From Candidatus Babeliales bacterium (GTDB taxonomy: Bacteria; Babelota; Babeliae; Babelales; Vermiphilaceae), in NCBI GenBank assembly GCA_035944115.1, contig DASZBJ010000034.1, forward strand, positions 1-64,000: 64,000 nt of DNA, read 5' to 3'. The position numbers and the translations under genes were made by a program. Below are positions 41,833-51,293 of this stretch, one piece after another (positions within the stretch are counted from its first letter, which is position 1; each line of letters starts with the position of its first letter). The notes under the pieces were generated by a model that was given only the letters and a program-made list of their open reading frames with translations, searched no databases and was not told the origin of the DNA.

Positions 41833-41980
41833 GCTGCACCCCTTCTTCTAATTAAAATTTATACTTTTTTGAATCATCTATTTTTACATCAAATCTTGGC
41901 ACATTGCTATCTATTTTTTACAACAAAGCATGCGACTAAGCAAATGATTCTTACAAATAAGGGGAATACAGGTAGAGGAG

Positions 41981-42038
41981 CTATCTTTTCTTTTCAACCG
42001 TGACTAAGAAAAGATAGCAGTCTATCTTTTCTTAGTGA
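41981..42038. repeat. CTATCTTTTCTT motif present three times, including a perfect 14-bp hairpin CTAAGAAAAGATAG-cagt-CTATCTTTTCTTAG, downstream of nusB
   Basis: Read directly. Confidence 0.5.
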
Positions 42039-42089
42039 AACCTCTTAAGAAAAAATAAATAGATGAATCGCGCGTTAAAGTACTATTTT

Positions 42090-42593
42090 TTATTCAGCAA
42101 CTGTGTCATCCGTTAAAATAATACCCCGTGACTTAACCGCTTCATCGAGAACACCGTTAATAAACTTATAAGCGTCTTTCTCTGCAAAACATTTAGCAAG
42201 CTCAATCGCTTCGTTAATAATAATATTATGCACCACGTCTTTTTGATCTAACTCCCAAAACGCCAATCGTAAAATCAGCTTTGTAGCAAGACCAACACGT
42301 TCCAAACGCCAATTATGCAAAAACGGAACCATCTGCTGATCAAGCTGATCTCGTTGATCTATAATAGCTTGCGTAATAACAACTACTTCGCTATCTAATG
42401 GAACATCTAAATCAAATCCACGATTAAGCATATCAACAATCGATTCCAAAGAATCTTCATAACTCAATGAATCCATGGCATACAAATAATGAAATATCAA
42501 CGATCGAATATCTCGACGTGATAACTCTGCATATACATGCGTACCGACAATATCGTCAGTCGTATCAACAGAACAACTCATATAAACACCCAC
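42090..42593 (-). CDS. nusB: Transcription antitermination factor NusB
   Basis: NusB-like helical protein with AFWELD motif. Confidence 0.75.
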   Translation of the reverse strand: MGVYMSCSVDTTDDIVGTHVYAELSRRDIRSLIFHYLYAMDSLSYEDSLESIVDMLNRGFDLDVPLDSEVVVITQAIIDQRDQLDQQMVPFLHNWRLERVGLATKLILRLAFWELDQKDVVHNIIINEAIELAKCFAEKDAYKFINGVLDEAVKSRGIILTDDTVAE

Positions 42594-42611
42594 CTAACGT
42601 TTATTCAGCTA

Positions 42612-43178
42612 TTATTTTTTAATACGTTCTATATAGATACCTTCTCGGGTGTCTATTTTGAGGAAATCGCCCTCATTAACGAATAATGGTACGAGTACAA
42701 CCAAGCCAGTTTCCATCGTTGCAGGCTTAGTAGCCGCTCCTTGAGCCGTATCTCCACGCACTCCTGGTGGCGTCTCTTTTACTTCCAACTCCATAAACAT
42801 CGGCGGAGTAACGGCAATCGGTCTTTCTTTAAAATATAAGACTGTGTATAAAGATTGCTCTTTTAAATAATCGAGCACTTCTTCAATCTGATCTTTATTG
42901 AATGCAACCTGTTCATAATCCTCTTGGTCCATAAAGTTATACAGACCTTCTTCGTTATATAAATACTGCATAGTTCTATATTGAAGATTAGGATTATCAA
43001 ACTTTTCACCAGAACGGAAGGTTTCTTCGCGGATTAGGCTGGTGATCATATTTTTCATTTTCGTACGTACAAACGCGCCACCTTTTCCCGGCTTTACATG
43101 CTGGAAATCAAGTACCATGTATGGCTCGTCACGAAAAAGGATTTTAGAGCCTCTTTTGAAATCAGATGTAGAAATCAC
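42612..43178 (-). CDS. efp: Elongation factor P
   Basis: KPGKGGAFVRTKMKN motif; probable GTG start (ISTSDFKRG N-terminus) with SD AAAGAGG. An ATG 30 nt upstream (43208) is an alternative. Confidence 0.85.
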   Translation of the reverse strand: MISTSDFKRGSKILFRDEPYMVLDFQHVKPGKGGAFVRTKMKNMITSLIREETFRSGEKFDNPNLQYRTMQYLYNEEGLYNFMDQEDYEQVAFNKDQIEEVLDYLKEQSLYTVLYFKERPIAVTPPMFMELEVKETPPGVRGDTAQGAATKPATMETGLVVLVPLFVNEGDFLKIDTREGIYIERIKK

Positions 43179-43344
43179 AACAATTACCTCTTTATCAAAG
43201 AAAATCAATCAGAATATCGTTTTTACAGTATAAAAAATGGCATATAAAAAAGCAAACAGTCCAATATATATCCCCTCTTGCTTTTAGCCCCATAAACCTG
43301 ATAAAAATCAGAATACCAACCCACTTACTGTATAAGGAAGCACT

Positions 43345-44004
43345 ATGAACCTCTTTTTAGATACCGCAAATCTATCAGATATAAAAACATGGCAACCCAC
43401 CGGACTAATCGATGGCATCACTACCAATCCATCATTATTAAGCAAGGAGACCACTAACCCAACGGCACATTTACGTGAAATATGCTCTATCATGCACCCT
43501 CATGATGTCAGCATAGAAGTGACTGAGCAGGAGCCAAAAGCTGTATATGAACAGGCAAAAAAAATAGCCGGACTGGCAAAAAACGTGATAGTTAAGATCC
43601 CCTGCCACGTTGATTATCTATCGGTGATCAAACAGTTGGTTAATGAAAACATAAAAATTAACATAACTCTGGTTTTCTCCCTCGTACAAGGGCTGCTGAT
43701 GTGCAAACTTGGGGTTTATTATATATCCCCGTTCATTGGCCGCCTAGATGATATAGATAGCGATGGTATCGCCCTTATTGAGCAACTGCGACATATGATC
43801 GATTTTTATGGCTTTGAAACCAAAATACTGGCCGCCTCCATCCGCCATATACAGCACCTTCATGATAGCGTTCAAGCTGGAGCAGATATTGCAACCGTGC
43901 CAAGTGGGATCATTAAAACAGCGATGGCTCATCCATTAACTACTCAAGGTATGACACAATTCAATGCGGATTGGCAAAAACTAGGCATTCGGCAATTTCC
44001 ATAA
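43345..44004 (+). CDS. Transaldolase / fructose-6-phosphate aldolase (short Fsa/TalC type)
   Basis: MNLFLDTANL..IDGITTNPSLL..; Schiff-base Lys region. Confidence 0.8.
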   Translation: MNLFLDTANLSDIKTWQPTGLIDGITTNPSLLSKETTNPTAHLREICSIMHPHDVSIEVTEQEPKAVYEQAKKIAGLAKNVIVKIPCHVDYLSVIKQLVNENIKINITLVFSLVQGLLMCKLGVYYISPFIGRLDDIDSDGIALIEQLRHMIDFYGFETKILAASIRHIQHLHDSVQAGADIATVPSGIIKTAMAHPLTTQGMTQFNADWQKLGIRQFP

Positions 44005-44011
44005 CCTGCTT

Positions 44012-44347
44012 TTACAATCGCGCACGTCTCGCATTCTGTGCGTTATACACGGTAAGCGCCATTTCATAAAACCCTCGCACATTCGATAAATGTCTGAGCT
44101 GTTCTTGATGTGTTTTCGCCGATCGCACCAATCTCCACGCCACTTCAAGATCTCTTGAGGCACGCATAATATGCTCTGGCCTTATAAGATCATCCGGACG
44201 AAGTTTAGCATGAAGCACTTGCGTATCAAGACTCATACGATCATATTGCTCAAATACCTGTGAAGCTACACGGTTCACGCGCGACCCATGGACATTGAAA
44301 AAAACAACCGATGCACCAACTAAGGCTAAAAACTTTCTCATATTCAT
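44012..44347 (-). CDS. Hypothetical secreted protein
   Basis: Signal peptide; Arg-rich. Confidence 0.45.
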   Translation of the reverse strand: MNMRKFLALVGASVVFFNVHGSRVNRVASQVFEQYDRMSLDTQVLHAKLRPDDLIRPEHIMRASRDLEVAWRLVRSAKTHQEQLRHLSNVRGFYEMALTVYNAQNARRARL

Positions 44348-44567
44348 ATTATTTCCCTATAAAGCAAAATCGCTATAACCGCGAGCGCCTTGCCCTTTGG
44401 TGTATATATTCCCCATACAGCCTCTTATATTCTTCTCCTACCATCTCATCCATTCTTTTTATATCTGATAGACAAGTCTGCTATTCAGACAGCTTTTTAA
44501 ATAGTTGAAACCTCTGCCATGCACCTTCAACACTTCTTTGAAACTGCTCAATGCGGGGTAAATTTCC

Positions 44568-44726
44568 ATAAGATTTCGGATGCAGATACTAATACATGCT
44601 TTTCATACTTTGTATCCCATGATGGGCACGGTAATAGATGGATTCATCTAAAAAATCATATGCTGCTCTTACACCCCCAAAAAAAAGCGCTGCAAAAATG
44701 ACATATACAATTTTTACACTTTTCAT
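44568..44726 (-). CDS. Possible small secreted peptide (46 aa) not in the ORF track
   Basis: MKSVKIVYVIFAALFFGGVRA... with GAGAGG SD-like sequence upstream. Confidence 0.25.
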
Positions 44727-44869
44727 CAAACCTCTCTAATTTTAACACATTTCCTCCATCATTATACAGATAAAAAAGATTCTTTTGCAATATCCTTGCG
44801 CGACAATTATTACAATCAGTAAACTATTATTAAGTAAAAATCAACACGCGCCCCCAATGAGGAGAAAAT

Positions 44870-45298
44870 ATGAAGGCCCTACAAATAATAATATTAACGA
44901 TTGCTGTGCATACCAACCTGATACACGGATATCATAAAATTTGCTACTCAAAATATCCATACGCCAACAAGCTCGGGTATCAAATTCCTGCAGAAAGAAT
45001 CATACAACAAGCATCGTGCCCTAAAAAAATGAAATCCGTTGATTATACTATTTCATGCAACAATGATCAAAAAGGCTGCGTTACCTTAACGGCTCGAGAT
45101 AAAAGAAGAATTGCAGAATATCTGAAAAATTATAATGATGACACTCCTATAACTGATGCCATGATACAGGAACTACTCAAACAGGGGCTCAGAAAGCAGA
45201 TGATTGGATGGGTGCTAGAAGATTTTAAATATCATCATGCTTTCCATAACAAGCCTATTTTTGTGTCGCATATACGCTCACAACTCAATCTATGGTAA
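44870..45298 (+). CDS. Hypothetical secreted Cys-containing protein
   Basis: Signal peptide; SD GAGGAG. Confidence 0.45.
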   Translation: MKALQIIILTIAVHTNLIHGYHKICYSKYPYANKLGYQIPAERIIQQASCPKKMKSVDYTISCNNDQKGCVTLTARDKRRIAEYLKNYNDDTPITDAMIQELLKQGLRKQMIGWVLEDFKYHHAFHNKPIFVSHIRSQLNLW

Positions 45299-45377
45299 TG
45301 CCCCCTTGGCCTAATATAAAAAAAAACGTATTCTTACATGAGTACTGTTTCCTCCTCCTTATTCACAAGGGAATCCG

Positions 45378-46676
45378 ATGCAAATATTTGGTAAAGATAC
45401 GTTTGTTGATGTAGAAATAGCTGCCATAATGGCTCATGAATCCGATCGTCTTGAACATGAAATTAACCTAATTGCCTCTGAAAACTACACATCTCAAGCT
45501 GTAATGCAGGCGACTGGATCAGTACTTACTAATAAATATGCAGAAGGATATTCCGGGAAACGGTATTACGCAGGCTGCCAATATGTCGACGCCGCAGAGA
45601 CTCTCGCGATAGAACGATGCAAAAAACTATTTAACGCAGAACATGCTAACGTTCAACCACACGCAGGATCACAGGCAAATATGGCTGCATACTTTGCTCT
45701 TTTAAATCCAGGAGACACCATTTTGGGAATGTCTTTGGCCGAAGGAGGACACCTTACCCATGGTCACAAGGTTAATTTTTCAGGAAAAATATTCAATGCA
45801 ATTCAATACACGGTAGATCCAATCACTGGACTTCTTAATTATGATGATATCCAACTGCTTGCTGAACAACACAAACCAAAGCTAATCGTTGCTGGTGCTT
45901 CTGCGTACTCTCGCACCATAGATTTTGCTCGCTTTGGCCAGATCGCACAATCAGTCGGCGCATATTTAATGGCTGATATAGCGCACATTGCCGGACTCGT
46001 AGCAACCGGACTGCATCCCCATCCATTTCCCCATGCTGATATTGTTACCAGCACAACGCATAAAACCTTACGCGGTCCACGCGGTGGTCTAATCCTTTGC
46101 AAAAAAGAACTCGCTGAAAAAGTGGATAAATCAATTATGCCGGGCATGCAAGGTGGCCCATTTATGCACGTTATCGCTGCAAAAGCAGTTGCATTTTATG
46201 AAGCGCTGCAACCAGAATTTAAAAATTACCAAAAACAGATCCTTAAAAACGCACACGCAATGGCAACAGAATTTATTAATCTTGGTTATACCATTGTTAC
46301 CGGTGGCACTGACAATCATCTTTTTGTTCTTGATCTACGTTCAGCCGGGCTTACCGGTCTCCAGGCAGAACAGGCGCTGGCAAAAGCAGGAATTACGGTA
46401 AGCAAGAGCGGGATCCCCTTTGATCCACAAAAACCATGGATTACCAGTGGTATTCGAATAGGAACCCCTGCGATCACCACACGAGGCATGCAAGAAGCGC
46501 AAGCAATTGAGATTGCACATCTTATCCATGAATGCATTAAACATCATGCTACTGATGCAGTGCTGAAAGCAGTAAGACAAAAAGCTGCGCATCTTTGCGC
46601 TGCATATCCTATTTATACAGAAACAGCGCCATACACGGCTGCTCGATTTATAGCATCATCACTGGAAACAGTCTAA
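45378..46676 (+). CDS. glyA: Serine hydroxymethyltransferase
   Basis: PLP-lysine motif [12 protein letters not shown]. Confidence 0.9.
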   Translation: MQIFGKDTFVDVEIAAIMAHESDRLEHEINLIASENYTSQAVMQATGSVLTNKYAEGYSGKRYYAGCQYVDAAETLAIERCKKLFNAEHANVQPHAGSQANMAAYFALLNPGDTILGMSLAEGGHLTHGHKVNFSGKIFNAIQYTVDPITGLLNYDDIQLLAEQHKPKLIVAGASAYSRTIDFARFGQIAQSVGAYLMADIAHIAGLVATGLHPHPFPHADIVTSTTHKTLRGPRGGLILCKKELAEKVDKSIMPGMQGGPFMHVIAAKAVAFYEALQPEFKNYQKQILKNAHAMATEFINLGYTIVTGGTDNHLFVLDLRSAGLTGLQAEQALAKAGITVSKSGIPFDPQKPWITSGIRIGTPAITTRGMQEAQAIEIAHLIHECIKHHATDAVLKAVRQKAAHLCAAYPIYTETAPYTAARFIASSLETV

Positions 46677-46680
46677 AAAA

Positions 46681-47364
46681 ATGCGGCCAGTAAAAGAACA
46701 ACGGCAAAGCTACCAGAAACTTTTGCGAAAAAACATTGAACTATCTGGCGCACAAGAAAGTTTCTTTGCTGAGTACAAAGCAATCAAACTCACGCAATGG
46801 TTCCCGCAATTGCTGACAACACCGCATACAATACTCGATTTTGGCTGTGGCGACGGCATCATGACTTCGTTTGTGCAGGCACTTTGTCCACAAGCAACCA
46901 TCTATGGCATTGATGCATCGCTAGAGCATATTGAGGTTGCACAAATGGCATATGAAAATATCACGTTCATACATTCTGATGCACCAAAAATTCCATTTGC
47001 TGATAGCAGCTTTGACTTGATATATGCAGCAGATATTTTTCATCATCTTCCAAAAAATCAACATGAATCATACTGCGCAGAGATATATCGCATATTAAAA
47101 CCGAACGGAACTTTTGTGATGCTAGAGCTGAATCCTTTAAATCTAATGACCGCTTATCGTTTTATGCAAAATCCTATGGAAAAAGATGCCTCCATGCTCT
47201 GGCCTTGGTATACAAAAAAACTGCTGCACACCGAGTATGCAGCAGTTTCGTTACAATTTTACGGATTTTTTCCAAACAAACTTAAACGGTTAGAATTTCT
47301 GGAAGCGTATATGGGCAAACTTCCTTTTGGATCGCTGTATATATGTAAGGGATATAAAAATTGA
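46681..47364 (+). CDS. Class I SAM-dependent methyltransferase
   Basis: Motif I LDFGCGDG. Confidence 0.7.
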   Translation: MRPVKEQRQSYQKLLRKNIELSGAQESFFAEYKAIKLTQWFPQLLTTPHTILDFGCGDGIMTSFVQALCPQATIYGIDASLEHIEVAQMAYENITFIHSDAPKIPFADSSFDLIYAADIFHHLPKNQHESYCAEIYRILKPNGTFVMLELNPLNLMTAYRFMQNPMEKDASMLWPWYTKKLLHTEYAAVSLQFYGFFPNKLKRLEFLEAYMGKLPFGSLYICKGYKN

Positions 47365-47368
47365 TCCG

Positions 47369-47866
47369 TCAAAAATAGTCCTTTTCTGCTAAGTACGCAC
47401 ACCGTTGATCAACATAATTGTAAGCGATCCAATAAATCATTAAAAAATTACTTTCTATCGCCCCTATTTTTGCAGCCAACCCTATATATGGTGATTCAAA
47501 TCGGTCTGCAACTACAGTAATTGGCGCACACGCAGAGGCTATTAAGGCTGCCATTATTGGCTGCTTGTCCAAAGGCAAGTACAATGCGCGCTTGCAAATC
47601 TTCACTCGATCAGTCCACGTTAAGTTCATCACGCTATTATTTTTTAATCGCTTTGTGCTCTCATCAGGTTTTATCTTTAGCACCTGGCAACGTGTTGTCT
47701 TGCACTCAATGGTGCCAACACGGGAAACTGATGGTTGTTGATTGATAAATTGCACTGAAGGGTTATTTCGAGCTCCAAACGCTACCAATTGCGCACTCGC
47801 TGCCGGTAACTGCGTGACAACACTTACAACTACCATAAGAAGAAAAATTTGATGTGCTATTTTCAT
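47369..47866 (-). CDS. Hypothetical secreted protein
   Basis: Signal peptide MKIAHQIFLLMVVVSVVTQLPAASA. Confidence 0.45.
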   Translation of the reverse strand: MKIAHQIFLLMVVVSVVTQLPAASAQLVAFGARNNPSVQFINQQPSVSRVGTIECKTTRCQVLKIKPDESTKRLKNNSVMNLTWTDRVKICKRALYLPLDKQPIMAALIASACAPITVVADRFESPYIGLAAKIGAIESNFLMIYWIAYNYVDQRCAYLAEKDYF

Positions 47867-47922
47867 GTATATCCTAATTTTTTATAAAAATTTTGCTGAG
47901 ATTATTAAACATTGTCTCTCAA

Positions 47923-49083
47923 TTAATTTCTACGCGGTGATAATCTCTGCAATCCCCGTTGATACGCTGCCCCTCGTCTATCACCCCCCACTGACAAGGC
48001 CAACAAAGACTCCTGTTGCGCATGATTCAAAGGTCGCGCTTCTCTTGCCAAACGTAACAAATTTTCTATTTTTTCTTTATAGTTCTCATGTATTCTTCGC
48101 GCAGCGAACAAACCACTTATACTCGCAAAAAAATATCCTGTACGACGCAACACACGATTATCAACCTGCTTACTCAGGTATGCTATGGCTGAAGGAATTG
48201 CAAGACGTGTGATGTTTGCTCGCGCTGCATATCCCCAACTTGTACAATGATCCTTAAGGCTCAACGTAGGATCTGACTCGTCCCCATTATTATCTACCGC
48301 CGCTTCCTTCCCATGATGAGCTTCATCATGATTCAATTGCATAAAAGACCTGGGCTCTTGGACTGCCGATTCAGCCGCCAGTACTGCGGCGCATGCTGCT
48401 AGGTGACGAGCATTCAATTCTATTGCAAGACGTGCAATAGGACCCAGATCTCTTGCGCCCCCATTATTATCAGAATCAGAGTCACTCAGCTCTGCTTCTG
48501 ATTCTTTTCTATCTTCTTGCCGCTCCTGTCTTGCTTCTGCCGATTGAGCTGCAGCGCTCTGTTCTCCACAATCATCAGCTTTCTCAGATATTACTGCATG
48601 AAGGGTAAAGTCTCCAGGATTATTAGAGGTATCAGTCATCTTTTCAAGAATCTCAATTATATAAGAAGTATTGTATTCCCCTGGTTTTACCTCAAGATTT
48701 TGCTTATAAAAATCTTGTGAGGCAGCATACAGGAATCCTAGAGACCACTGCTTCTGAGCAATATCTTCTGAACCTACGCGGCGCGTTTTGAGATATGCTA
48801 TCAGATCTCTAAGAAACTGCACTGGATCTTTTTTTACTACTAAATCCCGCTTTAGCAGATCCTTCCCCCCATATTGCAGCTTTATCCCTTTACTATAAAA
48901 CGGAAACGTAAAAGGTAAGAAAGCATACGGTGCCGGTAGGCACAGTTCGTGCACTAGATTAAAAGCTCGCTTATACAAACGCTCATACACTTGAGCTGGT
49001 CTTCTATCATCATCTTCATTTGCACGAGCGGCATGTAATCCACCACTCAAAAAAAATCCTACCAAAAATACATACAATCTCAT
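47923..49083 (-). CDS. Hypothetical secreted protein with acidic Ser/Asp/Glu-rich insert
   Basis: Signal peptide MRLYVFLVGFFLSGGLHAARA after trimming the ORF extension. Confidence 0.5.
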   Translation of the reverse strand: MRLYVFLVGFFLSGGLHAARANEDDDRRPAQVYERLYKRAFNLVHELCLPAPYAFLPFTFPFYSKGIKLQYGGKDLLKRDLVVKKDPVQFLRDLIAYLKTRRVGSEDIAQKQWSLGFLYAASQDFYKQNLEVKPGEYNTSYIIEILEKMTDTSNNPGDFTLHAVISEKADDCGEQSAAAQSAEARQERQEDRKESEAELSDSDSDNNGGARDLGPIARLAIELNARHLAACAAVLAAESAVQEPRSFMQLNHDEAHHGKEAAVDNNGDESDPTLSLKDHCTSWGYAARANITRLAIPSAIAYLSKQVDNRVLRRTGYFFASISGLFAARRIHENYKEKIENLLRLAREARPLNHAQQESLLALSVGGDRRGAAYQRGLQRLSPRRN

Positions 49084-49168
49084 TTTGCCATTCCCATAAT
49101 TATTTTTACATTCACAACGCTGAAAAAACATTCTAATTGTAATGGACGCGTAAAAAACAATCAAACTA

Positions 49169-49738
49169 CTATCTATTACTTTTCAACCAAGCGATCAAAT
49201 TCTGGCTGGCTGGGCCATGCGCAATGTTCCCTTTTTTGTCTTTAACTATAACCTGTGCATTAAGCAAGCGCTCCATGTCTTTCTTAATACAAAAAGGCCG
49301 TTGGATAAATGCTTTTGTTAACCGTCTAATGGTGCGGGCAAAATCCTCGTTTGGTAAATAACTCTTATTAGAACATTTCAACCGCATCAACCTCTCGTCT
49401 ACTTTCAACAAAACTATTTCTCCCTCTTTTCTATATTTAATCTCGTCAAGAGGAATAGTTCCATATGATTGGGTAATACACGGATTTAATTTGTATGGTA
49501 GCTTAGAATTGCTATTAATTTCTTCATTCATATATTGGACACCAATACGCGCACCGACCTCGAATTGATCACCCCGAATGCGATACACCAATGGGCTCTC
49601 CATAACAAATAGCGCACCGTGCGCGATATCAACTATCTGCTGCTGATCTTGCTCGTAGCCTGCAACATCACTTGCACTTACCATGATTGATGGAAATATA
49701 CATATTGCTAACGCTATATAAACTTCAATTCTGCACAT
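49169..49738 (-). CDS. Secreted hypothetical protein, paralog A of a tandem pair
   Basis: Signal peptide; similarity to the next gene (DEIKYRKEGEIVLLKVDERLMRLKCSNKSY... vs EEDEVVPLRVGDEELKLLFTNKGY...). Confidence 0.5.
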   Translation of the reverse strand: MCRIEVYIALAICIFPSIMVSASDVAGYEQDQQQIVDIAHGALFVMESPLVYRIRGDQFEVGARIGVQYMNEEINSNSKLPYKLNPCITQSYGTIPLDEIKYRKEGEIVLLKVDERLMRLKCSNKSYLPNEDFARTIRRLTKAFIQRPFCIKKDMERLLNAQVIVKDKKGNIAHGPASQNLIAWLKSNR

Positions 49739-49796
49739 AAAGATTCCCCCTAAAAATCAATGCTAATTATGAAAACATAGAAAAAACAACCTTTTT

Positions 49797-50384
49797 TCAT
49801 TTACTTTCTTTGAACAACCTTATGGGTTCAATAGACTGCCCTTTTTCAAGCGCAACTCTCAATTTGTGACTCGATACCCCATGTGTCATTTGCTGTTTTT
49901 TACCCTTTACAATAACAGTTGACGCACGCAAACGTAGCTCATCTTCTTGCAAACAAGATGGCTGCTTCAAAAAATCATCTCTCAATCGTTTAATTAGCGC
50001 AGTAGAAGATGTTCTAGTATATCCTTTATTGGTAAACAAGAGCTTTAGTTCCTCGTCTCCTACTCTTAGCGGAACAACTTCATCTTCCTCCCAAGATAAA
50101 ACATCTTTAAAGGAAACTAGCCCAAATTCTTGGGGCATTCCGTAATATTCTTTAGCCTCGCCAGATGATCCATTTAGTACCATTGGAATCGCTTTTCTAT
50201 AACCAACCGTTGCGCATATTTCGCAGATATCAAATTGTTTATCGCACTCTTGAATACGATAACAAAGTGGATTCTTCATAATGTATAATATGCCATCAGT
50301 CTCCGCTTGCTTGACCTCATCATCACTTGCCATAACCGGCAAGTACAAACAAACCAATACTATACTCAGTACAACCAGTTTCAT
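49797..50384 (-). CDS. Secreted hypothetical protein, paralog B of the tandem pair
   Basis: Signal peptide MKLVVLSIVLVCLYLPVMA; SD GGAGGG. Confidence 0.5.
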   Translation of the reverse strand: MKLVVLSIVLVCLYLPVMASDDEVKQAETDGILYIMKNPLCYRIQECDKQFDICEICATVGYRKAIPMVLNGSSGEAKEYYGMPQEFGLVSFKDVLSWEEDEVVPLRVGDEELKLLFTNKGYTRTSSTALIKRLRDDFLKQPSCLQEDELRLRASTVIVKGKKQQMTHGVSSHKLRVALEKGQSIEPIRLFKESK

Positions 50385-50401
50385 ACTCCCTCCAAAGAAT
50401 A

Positions 50402-51133
50402 TTACGAAAATAAATGCCGAAATTTTACACGAAATAAGGATGCAAGCATCGGAAATCCTGCGCAAAAAATGTTGGTCAATTTACTATCAGCTTGATCATG
50501 CCATACCGTTGGAATTTCCTTAATAAGAAATCCGTTCTTTTTACACAGATACAACAACTCCACATCAAAAGCCCATTGCTTGACCGTCAAATGTGGCACC
50601 ACCGTTGTAATAACATGTCGTTTAAATAACTTTGCGCCACATTGCATATCATAATACGCTAGTCCAAACAACAAATACGCAAGTCCATCATAGAATATTC
50701 TTTTACCCCATCTTTTTATCCACGGACGAGCAGGCGTTACTACTGATTCCGGCATATGCCTACTTGCAATCACACCATCACAATCATATATTTCTCGAAT
50801 CAACGCGTAGAAGTATTCGGGCCTGGTAGCCATATCTGCATCCACAAAACCAATCAAATCATTATCTCTCAATAATGCATCCGCAAATCCAGTAGCAATG
50901 GCATGTCCCTTTCCTGCAGATTCTGATGTAATCATTCGCACTTTATCGCATCGTTTTTGTACCGCTTCTACCACTCCATGCGTATTATCAACACATCCAT
51001 TAAGCACTACAATAAATTCAAAATCTACAATCTTAGCAATATGCAGACCAGTAAAATACTCCACATAATGGTCAAGCATTCTGCCAATTCGCTTTTCTTC
51101 ATTATAGGCTGGAACAACAATCGCCACTTTCAT
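50402..51133 (-). CDS. Family 2 glycosyltransferase (Dpm1/polyprenyl-phosphate sugar transferase-like)
   Basis: VVPAYNEE, VVLNGCVDNT, DADM motifs. Confidence 0.75.
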   Translation of the reverse strand: MKVAIVVPAYNEEKRIGRMLDHYVEYFTGLHIAKIVDFEFIVVLNGCVDNTHGVVEAVQKRCDKVRMITSESAGKGHAIATGFADALLRDNDLIGFVDADMATRPEYFYALIREIYDCDGVIASRHMPESVVTPARPWIKRWGKRIFYDGLAYLLFGLAYYDMQCGAKLFKRHVITTVVPHLTVKQWAFDVELLYLCKKNGFLIKEIPTVWHDQADSKLTNIFCAGFPMLASLFRVKFRHLFS

Positions 51134-51224
51134 TCTCTTTTTCCCCGTGCATATATATAATTTTTATTTTTTAATCCAACTAACAATCTGTAGCATTACA
51201 AATTTCACATTCGCAAAACAACAT

Positions 51225-51267
51225 CAACCAAAAAGGGAGTACCTGAGATTATTTCTCGGACACTCCC
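51225..51267 (-). terminator. Rho-independent terminator downstream of secA
   Basis: GGGAGT...ACTCCC hairpin followed on the minus strand by TTTTT. Confidence 0.55.
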
Positions 51268-51293
51268 GTCGTTATACATTTTTTCTCTATAGA

